In this document: piece after piece, positions 1-12,620 of the stretch
How the letters are laid out: each line of letters opens with the position of its first letter
Numbering within the stretch: the first letter of the stretch is position 1
Assembly (NCBI GenBank): GCA_964016885.1
Contig: OZ024743.1
Span: 202,492,001-202,556,000, forward strand
DNA from: Eledone cirrhosa
Lineage: Eukaryota
Direction: 5' to 3'
Length of the DNA stretch: 64,000 nt
Position numbers and translations under genes: made by a program
The notes under the pieces: generated by a model
Told to the model about the DNA's origin: nothing
The model's database searches: none
Seen by the model: the letters and a program-made list of their open reading frames with translations, nothing else

Positions 1-35
1 TGTATGTAAATATACGTGTGTTTGTGTGCGTGTGT

Positions 36-85
<50 letters not shown>

Positions 86-2314
86 GCAACATTAGTAGAG
101 AACAAGCTGAAAGAAAGCGAAAGGCATAGTCTTTCGACCAGATTCGACCAGACACATTAAAGCAGGATGATAGATGAAGGTGAGTAATACCGATGATGTG
201 AACAAGAATGCGGTTTGTAAGAGAAAGGATGCGGCACTGACGAAAGACATAATACTGCTGCGAATAGTCTCAATCACATTCTGAGAATATACGAAAAGAA
301 AGGAAGAAAAGCATAAGACAATAGAAAGAGAAGTTTGATGTAAGAAAGAAAGAGTCGCATGGAAAGAGTAAACGATCTGTTGTCGACGAAATTCTTCATG
401 CGTTTATGTTCAAAAATAGCAACATTGACTAAACGAGAACAAAACTTTTATGTTAAACAGCGAAACACGCGGAGACAGTTCAGAAAACAATGCTTAAGTG
501 AAACCAAGAAAGCTAAGATAATGAAAGTGTTTTTAGATTTTGCTTGCTCGTTATGCACTAAGAATCATTATAATGTTTTATGACTTGTTATTGTTAAAAT
601 TGATTTCTTATTAATGATGAAGCTGTACTTTATTATTTTATGGTGGTGGTGATTGTGGGTGTTTCTGTAGTTAAAGTGATAGTTTGTGTGCATTGTGATG
701 TTTGTAGTTGTAATAATGGTGAAAATTCAGTTTGTGTTTCTTGATAATTGTTTTTAATGTTAATTCTTTTAAACTCTCTCTGCAGGTTACAACCAGACCA
801 TTACTTTCTCGTTTTCGAAAGGGCTCCCTTTTTCTCAATAGCATCATATTTATCTTCATTAAATTCTCAGTATAGAATCTATTAAACCTTTATCTGTGGT
901 GACAATGCTATTCAGATACTACTGCGATTCATGTTTCTCAGATTGATACTATTTACTATTTATTTTACAGCTCAAACTACCCATCATTCTCTGGATTAGA
1001 TAATCCTATAAATAGAAATAAAGATGTTGATATTTTCATTGTTGTTATAGTGATGGGTGGCAGAAACCCTTCTGTTATTTTCTCTCAATTAACCAGAAAG
1101 GGAAATGTGACACCCTAACTAGTGCCGGTGACTGAATATTTAGCGTCCTAATGTCGCTCTATAGTTACGTATGCCATTTCTCCCAAATAAAAGCATTTCA
1201 AATTATAGTTCGTTACCTGACATAACTAAACGTTAATACGTCTTGCTTGGATTAACGATGTACATTACTAAATAATTTACACTCATCCACGTGTAATCAT
1301 GTAACAGATCATGAATATATATGAGGCTATCAAGCACTTTGGTTATCTCCACAATGCTGGTACGTGGCAAAAATTATTAACCAAAAATTATCGATCCCAT
1401 TAAATTATTTTATTTAATTATACATATTTGTATAATATTATGATACTTTAAGATTCAGTAATGCGCCGCTCTAAACTCTGCGTCCGAGGTGGCTGCCTAG
1501 TTGTCGTTGATGGTAGCAGTGGCCTGCTACCATCAACGACAACTTTCTAAAGTTTCTGTTGTGTTAGATGAAAGTCTGGAGTTACCTTCAGACTGGACAA
1601 CTACGCTAAAGGCAGGAAAAAGACACATAATAGTGATAAATCTTGTAAGGATGATCGCCTAACATAAAAAAGGGATGTGCATGATTGGTAGAATGACCGA
1701 CAAATAAAATATACTCATATATACGTGTATTGCCCCATGTTGAATTTACACGCGGTCTAGTATACAAAGAGGTACCTTGTAGAAACACTGGATGAATTCG
1801 TATTTAGATATACTATTATAAGAACACAAGCGCATACTCACACACATAAATACATACATTCACACAGACACACACATACATACGCAAACACACACACATA
1901 CACACACACATATATATATCTATCTGTATATATAATAAGTTGACGGGACTAATATCAGTTTCTCTACTAGTACCGGTTGCAAAATTATTTGCTTCAATAC
2001 AGCACACGTACATGGTTAACATAGATACCAGACATCGAATTTCGGCCACACAAACACACACGCGCACACACACACACATTCACACACACACACACACACA
2101 CGCACACACATATATATATATATATATACAATATCGTGGGCATCCTTAAGTCACTAATGACGATGTGTTTGCCTCTAGAATGTTCTATTCCGATGCACAA
2201 GTTTAGGCAAAATTATTTCTGGAGTACCAGCACTCGCCTACTCATAGCTGCCTTCCCTCTCCTTACCAACGATGTTATTCTTAGGAAAAGGCAATAGATT
2301 GTCACCAGTGACGT

Positions 2315-2395
<81 letters not shown>

Positions 2396-2530
2396 ATATG
2401 TATGTATATATATATATATATCCACACAAAAACAAAGATACAGGGTGAGGAAGAGAGAGGGGAAGTAGAGAAATGATAAATAATAGATAGATAGATTTAT
2501 AGCCAGAAAGATAGATAGATAGATAGATAT

Positions 2531-5500
2531 ATTTCTTTTATTTGCCACTAGGGCATCAAAAGTGGGACAAGTACAAAGGGGGGAGTTTACACAAAAAGGC
2601 GTCCTCAATAAGGAGAAGGCAATAACAAAATATAAAAATAAAATAAGATATAACAAAAAATAAAATTTTTAACAAAATCCTCAATAGAGAGGAGGCGCCT
2701 TGGGGGGTCGCACACACCCCCGAAAAAAGTGTGCAACCCTTCTCCTCAGGAGCACAGAGAAGGGGTGCTCCCTTGGTCTTTCATCTTCCTCACCTATAGT
2801 CTGATGTAGAGTGAAGGCCCATTCACACGGGCCATTCTCGCCACTTTCACCCATCTTTCATAGAAACGGCTGGGGTGCAGCACCTCTCTCTCCATCCTGA
2901 TCCTTCTTCCGAAATGATATCGGAAGAAACGGACCAGTTGTTGGCCAGAGAGAAAGGTGCCCGACCTCAGTCCTTTCAGACGCGTCCACCATACAATCTC
3001 TTTCGCCATGGCTATTACGCACAGAAACACCGCCTCTGCTTCATCTTTGAAGGGGGGAGGCGGCTTGATCATTACAATAGACTCGATGGTCAACCGGATC
3101 GGTCCCACCCTTGACAGCAGTTGTTCGACATAGCCCCACAGATCGGCTACGCCCGAGCAGTGTACTAATGCGTGTGCAACGGTTTCCTCGTCGCACACGC
3201 ATCTGGGACAGATCTTTTTGGCGGGGTCCCTACCCGGGCGCCCGTGTCTGTAGAGCCTTTCTCGAACGGGTAAAGCCCCTCGGTAGCACTGCCAGGCCAG
3301 GGACTTCTGGAAGTTGTCCATAGGTCCCGGGCTGAATGTCCTACCGAACAGGCTGGCCAGTTCGTCCTCCTCCATGTCTAGGGCTTCTCCGAGGGCGTCG
3401 TCGCACCTGCTGCGTACCAGCCCTCTATAGAATGTTGCGGTGGAGTCTCCACTGATAACCGGATCCGCCTGCCAGAGGGCGGTGAGCGCCTGGGCACACT
3501 CAGTGTGCCAGGCGCCCAGTTTTCTCGGTCTTTGCTTGACCCAGGATTGCAGCTCGGTGAGTGAGACGAGTCTGGGAAAGGTTCGTCTCACAAACGAGGC
3601 CCACACCGGTTGTCCGGTGAGGAATACGTAGAGGTGCCGTAGCCTTAATGCGTGTTTACGCATCATTAGCCACGGCATCCCCAGCCCTCCTTTCGAAGGG
3701 TGTTGACAGCAGATGGATCTCCTCACCATAGGAGCCCGCCTCTTCCAAAGGAATTGGAAGAGCGCGCGCTCCATCTTGGTGAGGGTTTCCCTTGGGCAGG
3801 GCACTACGGTCAGGTGGTAGTAGATAACGGACGCTATGTGGGTGTTCGCCACCTCCGCCCGACCTTTCAGGGATAGTTTGCAACTGGCCCACTTCTGGGT
3901 CAGTGCAAACACCCTGTTCGTAACCTCCGCCCAGTTTTTCTCCACCTGGAGGTCCGGTCCGAACCAGACCCCGAGCAACTTCACCGGGCCCTCCGTCCAG
4001 CGTCCGACGACGCTATCGGAGGGCATCGGTCTGCCCCTCCATGTGCCGAGTTGCAAACCGATCGACTTGTCCCGGTTCAGCTTAGCCCCTGTGAACTTTT
4101 CGTACTCCTCCAGTAAGGTGCCGACCGCCTCGATTTCGGAGGCCGTCGACACCATTACTGTCACGTCATCGGCGTAGGCCGACACCGCTTTCCGCAATCC
4201 CGGTTCCAAAGAGATGCCCTGCAACAACTCCAACTTCCGCAGTAGTGGCTTGAGAGTCAACACATACAGAAGGGAGGAGAGAGGGCACCCTTGTCGGATG
4301 GACCGCGCGATTTTGAACGGCTCCGAGAGGTAGCCGTTCACCTTGACCCTAGAGCAGATGCGGCTGCTGTGCATAGCAGTGATCCAGCCCCTGAAAACGG
4401 GTCCGAAGCCTGCCGCCGCTAGCACCGCATCCAGGTAACCATGGTCGACCCTATCGAACGCCTTAGATTGATCCAAGTTGATCAGAGCCCCACCAAAGCC
4501 GGGTTCGTTCCCAACCCTCTCTATGATGTATCGCATGAGGTGGAGGTTGTCATGGATGGACCTGGACGGGATAGCGCATGTCTGCGCATCTCCCACCAGG
4601 TTGCCCACGACAAGCGCCAACCTCTTTGCTAGCACCTTGGCCAAAATCTGTAACTCTGTATTTAGCAGTGTTATGGGCCTGAAGTTACTTATTTCGTCCC
4701 CCTTGTTCTCGTCCTTCCTCACTAGCGTGACTACGCCCTTGGTCACAGTACAGGGAATTCTCCCGTTCTGTTGCCAGTTGCAGTAGACCGCCTCGAGGAG
4801 ATCGGGGAACAAGTCCGGCATAGCTAGATATAATTCGTAAGGAAGACCATCGAGACCCGGGGTTTTGCGTTTGCCGCATTGGCTCAGCACGTCCTCTATC
4901 TCAGCGGCCGAAATCGGCTCCTCGCAGGACTTCGCCTCCCTGTCCGAGAGGCGCGGCAGGCCGTCGAGGTATGGACCGAAGTCCACGTTCCCAACCGGCT
5001 CCCCGCCCCTCCCGAACAGTCGGGCAAAGTGCCTTTGAAAGGCCTCACACATCTGCTTAGGCTCAAGAATCGCCCGTCCATCCAGGTCTCGCAAAGACCG
5101 GATGGTGGATTTAGTTCCACTGTTGGCCTCTGTCACGCGGGCCCAGCTAACAGCTTTGGTCCCCTCGTTCCCTAGAGCACGTATTTTACTTCGGACAACG
5201 CAGCCTTCGTGCTTCGCGTCGAAAAACTGGCTCAAAGCCGTTCTCGACGCTAGCACTCTGGCCACGTCGCCGCTTCTAATTGCCTCTTCTACTCTATCTA
5301 TTAGCTCCCTTTCCTTCCTATTCCTATCCGCAGCTAGAACCTTACTAATTTCTATCGAGACTACTCTAATCTCTCTCTTTAGAGATACCCACCACCTGCT
5401 GTTGACGATCGCTCCAGTCAACCGTTCCTTAACTAACGTACTAATCCGATTCCTGTAGGCTCTACTTGCCGGCAAGGACAAGTTGAGCAGCCAGTAACCG

Positions 5501-6115
5501 GGGCCCTGTCTATGAGTTCTGTCAAGGTTGACCATGCAGGTCACTAATTTGTGGTCTGAATAGCCAACAATGCGCATTTTTGGACAACTTAAAAAGTCCT
5601 TATCCTTAATTCTAACTAAGAACCTATCTAGGTACGACCTAGATGATCCGCTACGATTTGCCCAAGTCCAGGTTGGCGCAGTCGGAAAATCTAGTCGATA
5701 TCTATCGGCCAGGTCAAATCGACCGATTAACCCTTTGAAGCTATTACACCCCTCTCTATCGGGGCAGGCCCCTACGTAGTCCCAGCGTGCATCGAGGATA
5801 CCATTCCAGTCCCCCACTAATAGCAAGGAGCGGGACGTCCCTAGAAAAGTCTCCAGACGATGGAAGAAGTCCGGCCGCATTGACCCGAAAGGGCCGTAGG
5901 CGGCTACCAACCTAAACGCTCCGCCTTTACCACTGCCAAGGTCCAGAACCACTAGTCGACCCTCCGGGTCCAAATGTACCATCTGTGTTGCGAGACCCAG
6001 ATGTTTTTGCAGCAGAACGACAACTCCACCCCCACCTCCGGGCTGACAGAGAGATGCGTGCATCTCAAAGTCATCAAAGGTGGGGGCCAGCTGTCGCACG
6101 TTGCTGATCCGGGCC

Positions 6116-6116
<1 letters not shown>
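2531..6116 (-). mobile_element. Tx1-clade (L1 group) non-LTR retrotransposon, 5'-truncated, inserted in a (GATA)n microsatellite
   Basis: Contains the 1101-aa APE-RT ORF. The 3' UTR ends ...CCCTAGTGGCAAATAAAAGAAAT directly against (ATCT)n, and a long (GATA)n tract flanks the 5' side (6117-6287). Confidence 0.92.
2794..6099 (-). CDS. Tx1-like ORF2: APE endonuclease, reverse transcriptase and C-terminal Cys/His knuckle (N-terminus truncated)
   Basis: APE motifs GDWN, SYLDRF and SDH; RT motifs KTPGLDG, FRPITLLN, LDQSKAFDRV, SIRQGCPLS and AYADD; C-terminal CPRC...ETVAHALVHC. Frame is uninterrupted. Confidence 0.93.
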   Translation of the reverse strand: MRQLAPTFDDFEMHASLCQPGGGGGVVVLLQKHLGLATQMVHLDPEGRLVVLDLGSGKGGAFRLVAAYGPFGSMRPDFFHRLETFLGTSRSLLLVGDWNGILDARWDYVGACPDREGCNSFKGLIGRFDLADRYRLDFPTAPTWTWANRSGSSRSYLDRFLVRIKDKDFLSCPKMRIVGYSDHKLVTCMVNLDRTHRQGPGYWLLNLSLPASRAYRNRISTLVKERLTGAIVNSRWWVSLKREIRVVSIEISKVLAADRNRKERELIDRVEEAIRSGDVARVLASRTALSQFFDAKHEGCVVRSKIRALGNEGTKAVSWARVTEANSGTKSTIRSLRDLDGRAILEPKQMCEAFQRHFARLFGRGGEPVGNVDFGPYLDGLPRLSDREAKSCEEPISAAEIEDVLSQCGKRKTPGLDGLPYELYLAMPDLFPDLLEAVYCNWQQNGRIPCTVTKGVVTLVRKDENKGDEISNFRPITLLNTELQILAKVLAKRLALVVGNLVGDAQTCAIPSRSIHDNLHLMRYIIERVGNEPGFGGALINLDQSKAFDRVDHGYLDAVLAAAGFGPVFRGWITAMHSSRICSRVKVNGYLSEPFKIARSIRQGCPLSSLLYVLTLKPLLRKLELLQGISLEPGLRKAVSAYADDVTVMVSTASEIEAVGTLLEEYEKFTGAKLNRDKSIGLQLGTWRGRPMPSDSVVGRWTEGPVKLLGVWFGPDLQVEKNWAEVTNRVFALTQKWASCKLSLKGRAEVANTHIASVIYYHLTVVPCPRETLTKMERALFQFLWKRRAPMVRRSICCQHPSKGGLGMPWLMMRKHALRLRHLYVFLTGQPVWASFVRRTFPRLVSLTELQSWVKQRPRKLGAWHTECAQALTALWQADPVISGDSTATFYRGLVRSRCDDALGEALDMEEDELASLFGRTFSPGPMDNFQKSLAWQCYRGALPVRERLYRHGRPGRDPAKKICPRCVCDEETVAHALVHCSGVADLWGYVEQLLSRVGPIRLTIESIVMIKPPPPFKDEAEAVFLCVIAMAKEIVWWTRLKGLRSGTFLSGQQLVRFFRYHFGRRIRMEREVLHPSRFYERWVKVARMARVNGPSLYIRL

Positions 6117-6178
<62 letters not shown>

Positions 6179-6195
6179 CTATATAGATAGATAGC

Positions 6196-6287
<92 letters not shown>
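6117..6287. repeat. (GATA)n microsatellite, Tx1 target
   Basis: Read directly from the sequence. Confidence 0.97.
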
Positions 6288-6779
6288 CGAAGAGAGGACG
6301 AGTGAGGGGTGGGAAATATCATTTCAATATTTGAAAACGATTTTGTAGATATTTAGAATCTATTTCATTGATCTCAGAACACTCTACATTTTATTTTTTC
6401 TTATATTCCTTTTCTTTAGAATTCTGTTCATTTTCACGTATGAATCATATAAAGTGAATGCAAATGCGTTTATGTTTGTAGTTGAAAATGTCTAAGCGTA
6501 TAAAGGAAATGAAAGAAAGATAATGTATAAGACATATAAAAGATTCTGTGTGAAAACATATGTAGATGTCAACGAAAAAAATCTCCATCGAAATTAAATA
6601 AAGAATTCCAAATTCCAATATGAAAATGTAAAATTCACCTTTGATTATTTAATTTTTCCTCTTGACATAGGATCGATTTTAATCTCTATTGTATGTTTTT
6701 TGGGGGATGTCATTTTAAAATCTAATTTATTATTGGTTTTAAAATCAAATTAATAATAATTTCAGCTGTTAGTACTTGC

Positions 6780-6974
6780 CTGAACAGCTGACACGTTTCC
6801 ATATTTGCTTAGATAAATACATTGTGTGGAATGGAAATCCGTCGGTTCTGTCAAATTGTGTACCAGTTATTGAAACAGCGGAAGAGACTGCTTGAGAAAT
6901 TAAGGTGCATGTGGTTGAACATTCCCCATACACGGTTATCTTTAATGTAGTTCTCAATACGATTGAGCTTGAGA
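6780..6974 (-). CDS. Candidate internal exon of an unidentified host gene (195 nt, phase 1-1)
   Basis: Acceptor TTTTCCCAG, GC-type donor CAG|GCAAGT, open frame SSSIVLRTTLKITVYGECSTTC...KRVSCS, length divisible by 3. No homology recognised. Confidence 0.27.
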
Positions 6975-7914
6975 CTGGGAAAATCTTGGTCCTTTAAATT
7001 ATATGTACATCTCATATTTGCCAGCTGAATGTATTGTAGTAGCGCGAATTAAAATGCCTAACCGAAGAACAAAACGCACAACCGAGAATCAATCTCGCAA
7101 GTATATAACACCGTAAACCGAACTTTAAGCCACGTGTGTAGAGTAAACATTTTGGAACGGTAAAAGGGCAGAGGGGCATACTAAATATTTTACTGTGTAT
7201 AGGTGCTGAATCAAGTTTTAATTGAGTTCCTATTACAACAAAGAGAAAATTCAGATTTGGTTGTTGGTTAAAACCTTTTCTTCACAGCTATAAAGTTTTG
7301 TCCCTTGCAATATTTAGAGCATTTGTTTCCTAACATGAACTTGATTCAAGTGAAGCCATACGAGTTAAATTGGATAGTGAAGATATATGTGGAATTTCGG
7401 CAATAGGTGATCAACGGAATGTGTAATGCTGTTTAATGGTACACGCTTTCCTTTTTGTGAATCTCAATGTTACAAGCATTAATGCTACCTCACCAATTTG
7501 TAAATGCCTTCTTTAATTTCTTGCCTATGACAAGATAAACTTACAAAGTGTACTAACTATCTCTCTCTCTATTAATTTAACTAAACATTTAACACAAAAT
7601 ATATTTCTCACATACGTTGCGACCAGAAACATTTTCTAACTTCTCTCACAGATGTGACTGCACACCATTTTACAATGAACTCCTAACATATAGGCGCATA
7701 CACGCACGCACACACACACATATATATATATATGTATATATACATACATATATATACACACATACACACACATATATATATATATATATATTCTGAATTT
7801 TCTATCGACCTCATACGCTGACTGAGTCGAGTAGAAGTCGTCAAATCGGACTAGGGAAACAGTATTATCATTGGCCTTTCCACTGCTGATACTATCTACT
7901 GGTAGCAACTCCTG

Positions 7915-8022
7915 GGAGAAGGAGTAACGTGAAATTAAATTCTTGCTCAAGGACATAAGACATCAACTGGTTCAGCAATCGAGTTCGTAAGCTCACGACT
8001 GGGAATCCAATTTCCTCATCAC
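7915..8022 (-). mobile_element. Degenerate tRNA-derived SINE of a second family
   Basis: AACGTGAAAT...CTTGCTCAAGGACA motif; similar segments at about 15320-15410 (+) and 55538-55655 (-). Confidence 0.5.
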
Positions 8023-8079
8023 AATTACATATACGTCCCCCTCATATATATATGACTGTCAAGGAGCTTCCAACAGAAA

Positions 8080-8348
8080 TGGTCGCATTCTTTAACAGTA
8101 TGTCAATATTTATTTATAAAACTAATCTATATTATATTTTATCTGATGAAAGCACACCATAATTTAGCTTGGTGTCCTTGAAATATGTACAATGAAATAA
8201 ATATGGTTTTATAAATATAGTTTCCATTTGTTAATATATCGTATTTTTACTCCAATAATTTGTTGAGTTATATAGTAACTCCAATAATTTGTTCAGTTAT
8301 AAAAATATTTGCTTGTTGTATCCCAACAATTTAAATAGAACTTCTACA
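8080..8348 (+). mobile_element. Solo PLE pLTR-type repeat with a decayed hammerhead (8135-8199)
   Basis: Homologous to the terminal repeats of the 41711-45458 PLE. CTGATGA-stem-GAAA core is present but the cleavage-site U is mutated to C. Confidence 0.75.
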
Positions 8349-8400
8349 TATATATATATATATATATATAGTTATGTAATAAACAACATAAGGCAATTAT

Positions 8401-8459
8401 TTCATTTACCAGTGGTTTCTTGAAAGCAAACAAATTTTGCTTTCAATCATCAGAACGAA
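8401..8459 (-). ncRNA. Type I hammerhead ribozyme motif
   Basis: Reverse complement of the 9373-9431 motif. Confidence 0.8.
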
Positions 8460-8623
8460 AGAATCCTGGTGTTTTTATTGACATTGGATTTTAAAAACAA
8501 AAATATAATGTATATGAAAGTGAGGCTGGAAAAGGAAGAAGGAAAGGAAAAATAAACATACATGCACACACACATATATACATACACACACATATATACA
8601 TACACATATATATACATACATAT

Positions 8624-8688
<65 letters not shown>

Positions 8689-8797
8689 CACATATACATA
8701 CACATACAAATACACATACATATACATATATATACATACACACATATATATCAACATATCCATACATACACATACACACAAATGCACAAACACACAC

Positions 8798-8856
<59 letters not shown>

Positions 8857-8896
8857 ATGAAATATAAGAATCAAAGAACTGTTCAAAACATTATTG

Positions 8897-8943
8897 TGCT
8901 TACAGCTGTTTCCTCCAAACCGAGGTTTGGATTCTTCGGAGCA
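8897..8943 (-). ncRNA. Type I hammerhead motif with C4 core variant (CCGAAGA)
   Basis: TGCT-CCGAAGA-aTCCAAAC ctcg GTTTGGAg-GAAA-CAGCTG-TA-AGCA; palindromic stem III; same family as 32460-32506. Confidence 0.7.
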
Positions 8944-9157
8944 ATTTATTAATGCACAATAATGTTTTGAACAGTTCTTTGATTCTTATATTTCATATAA
9001 CTGCTCTGTAAATCATCTGATGTTTTTACATTGAGCTACTTAACTTACTGGTAATAAGGTAGTAATACATTACTGCCTACCACTATTTAGGGTGTGTGTA
9101 AAATACTTATAACTGCATAAGGTTTTGTATTTACATAACCATAAATAGTATAACTAA

Positions 9158-9213
<56 letters not shown>

Positions 9214-9372
9214 ATATGTATGTATATATATGTGTATGTATATATTTGTGTGTATGTATATATGTGTGTGTGTACATTATTTTTCCTTTCCTTCTTCCTT
9301 TTCCAGCCTCACTTTCATATAGATTATATTTTTGTTTTTAAAATGCAATGTCAATAAATACACCAGGATTCT

Positions 9373-9431
9373 TTCGTTCTGATGATTGAAAGCAAAATTT
9401 GTTTGCTTTCAAGAAACCACTGGTAAATGAA
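9373..9431 (+). ncRNA. Type I hammerhead ribozyme motif
   Basis: TTCGTT-CTGATGA-TTGAAAGCAAA..TTTGCTTTCAA-GAAA-CCACTGG-TA-AATGAA; all three stems can pair. Confidence 0.82.
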
Positions 9432-9520
9432 ATAATTGCCTTATGTTGTTTATTACATAACTATTAAGCTCTGTAACCTACATTGAGCACATTTTTTCCT
9501 GGACCTTCCCGACGGAATTC

Positions 9521-9578
<58 letters not shown>

Positions 9579-9613
9579 ATACTCATACGCACACACACAC
9601 ACACACACACACA

Positions 9614-9734
<121 letters not shown>

Positions 9735-10334
9735 CAGACCACATAGATACCTGGGAAATAGAATATGAAATCAAAAATTATAATAGTTCGATTTTAAATA
9801 TTCTGACAACTTTCTTTCTCACCATCGTATCAAATAGAAACAAATCTGTCAAAAATCTTTATTGTTATATATGTGAGATATACGGAAATAAATTTCACAT
9901 TAAGAATTCAAAAGAACAGACATTTTGGGGCACAATTTAATGTCTGTAATACAATAGACTAAACATTCTTTTTTAAGTGACTATACAACATACACTCCAC
10001 TGAGAAATACATATACATATTTAATCACAATATAACTTAGCCTTAGTTGATGTATATGTGGTCATATGTGCGTTTGTGCGTGTTGGCTCTCTGTCGGTTC
10101 CGACAAGAAATGTTTCAGGACGTTTGAAAATGGAACACCGTACGCAAGAATATAGCTTATAAGTGACTGAGTATTCCACAGATATGTGCACACCTAACTT
10201 ATTTCTCAAGGTGTCCCAATGGTGGGTTTTGATTTATAGATACAGCATAGATATATACGTATATATATGTATGTGTGAGGGGGGGGGGCATGTAAAGTCT
10301 ATTATTGGTTCTGTCATACGGTCCAATAAACTTT

Positions 10335-10575
10335 TGTTAGGAATATTAAGTTCTCCAATTCCATTTATGGGAACAGCTAGATGATGTAAAACGGAGTATC
10401 TTTATCAAAATAAAGATCCGAAGGCATGGTATAAATTTCCAATGATTTTAATAACGACACATGTTTCAATAAGAGATAGATCGATCGTGCGGCCATGATC
10501 GATTATCACTGAACTCGTCAGGTGAAAATGAATTGTCTTCAAATCATTGGTATGAGGGAGAAAATTTAACGATGT
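10335..10575 (-). mobile_element. Solo PLE pLTR-type repeat with hammerhead (about 10450-10530)
   Basis: Homologous to about 40145-40405. CAC-CTGACGA-long stem II-GAAACATGTGTC. Confidence 0.7.
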
Positions 10576-10625
10576 TCAATCACTAGAGTTTTGTCCCCCA
10601 TACAAATTTCTTTTGCCTTCGGATC

Positions 10626-10736
<111 letters not shown>

Positions 10737-10780
10737 AAGTATACATGTATATATATGTATGTATAAGAATGTATACTTAT

Positions 10781-10843
<63 letters not shown>

Positions 10844-10987
10844 GATACATACATATATATACATACAGTCGAAAATTGCAAATTTGACTGTCACCACAGA
10901 ATATGAACCTGAAGATTGCGAAAGCATGAAAGTACTTGTTCAATTGACATTTAACATTTAATATTCTACCATACTATTTCACTCTTT

Positions 10988-11158
10988 GGCATTATCGGTA
11001 GAGGGTCGGACGCCATGCTTTCCTTCCAGCATAGTTACGTCCCTTTATGGTCTGAGTTCAAATCCCGTCGAGGTCAACTTTTAATTTCATCCTTACGGGG
11101 TCGATAAAATAAAGTACCAGTAATGTAATGGTTAATTGCTGGCCTTGTAGAAACAACT
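10988..11158 (+). mobile_element. tRNA-derived SINE with Nin/Deu-like domain
   Basis: B-box GAGTTCAAATCC followed by TTTCATCCTTACGGGGTCGATAAAATAAAGTACCAG; many copies in the window. Confidence 0.8.
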
Positions 11159-11296
11159 ATTTCACTCTAATACCATTATACATTTTAAAGGATTGTAAAT
11201 AAATCAGACAAAGTTGGAATTCCTTTCATTAATATAATCTTCTGTACACAATCATGCACACCCGTGTATATTTCTCTCTCTCACTCTCTCTCTCTC

Positions 11297-11382
<86 letters not shown>

Positions 11383-12363
11383 TGTGTGTATTGCAATGGT
11401 GGGCTGTTCCCTTATTCTATTCTCTCTGGTTGTATCGAAGTCTATTCTTGAGAGCAGGTCATACCCATTTATTTATTTATTTATATATTTATTTATTTAT
11501 GTATTTATTTTATAGCACGTTCCTACTTCAGCTGCCATTCTTGCAGCCAACATACTTGATTTTGTAGGCTGGTTACATAAATAATAGCAGAGAGTGAAGG
11601 AGAGAGGAGGAGAGAGGAGGAGACAGGAGGAGAGAGGGAGAGAGAGCGAGAGAAGGAGAGATAGATAGAAAGATAAAGAGAGAGAGGGGGAGATATTGAA
11701 ACATATACATATTCAGACAGAGAGAGGGGGAGAGGAGATAGAAATACAGGGAGATAAACAAAGACGTTCTTACAGGAATTATCTATTTTTCTCAATGTCA
11801 AAGGTGCAATATAGAGTCTATCATATCATTAGGTAGAACTACATTTGACTATCTAAATATATTTTCGCATTTTCTGCTATGCTAACTGTCAGGTAGACAG
11901 TATGTAGTTACCTACGCGAAAGAACCAACGATATGAAACTCTTGAGTGAAAATGACGTTGGGAGGGGAAACAGAATATAGTGACGCCAACCATGATTTCA
12001 ACATAACATTTCATTTCCTTAAGTCTTTTATTCTAGTCATCTCTCAAATCTTTTCATAAACCACCTTTTTCTTAGACTATTTTACGTTCAGATATTTTTT
12101 TTCATTCCCTCTTAAATATGCATGTGTTTTTATTCATACATTTATACATTTGTTATGGTTTTCTTTTTCTTTTCTTGTTTTCACTGTCTTCCTTTAGTCA
12201 TTTTTTTTATTTGCTCTGAGAATGTCTCCGACTAAATGTCACTGAAAGAAAACTAACACCGATTATTGATTCAATCGTTCTGACAATAATACCAATTGCC
12301 ATTATTGCCTTTGAGACATCGCCACAGCGTTCTACCTTCCAGTATTGCATCTCATTCCACTCC

Positions 12364-12428
<65 letters not shown>

Positions 12429-12512
12429 TCTCTCGCTCTCTCTCAATCTATCTATCTATCTATATATCTCTCTCTATCTCTCTCTATATCTATCTATCTA
12501 TCTATTTATCTC

Positions 12513-12620
<108 letters not shown>

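Larger units (their letters stand above)
8370..9500. mobile_element. Fold-back element with about 190-bp inverted arms, each carrying a hammerhead
   Basis: 8370-8556 is the reverse complement of 9277-9463, and the element is flanked by (TA)n. Confidence 0.8.

Noticed and set aside
2875-5779. Plus-strand ORFs overlapping the Tx1 ORF, and similar ones at 50252-51670 and 63085-63468
   Set aside because: Antisense or alternative-frame shadows of retroelement coding sequence.
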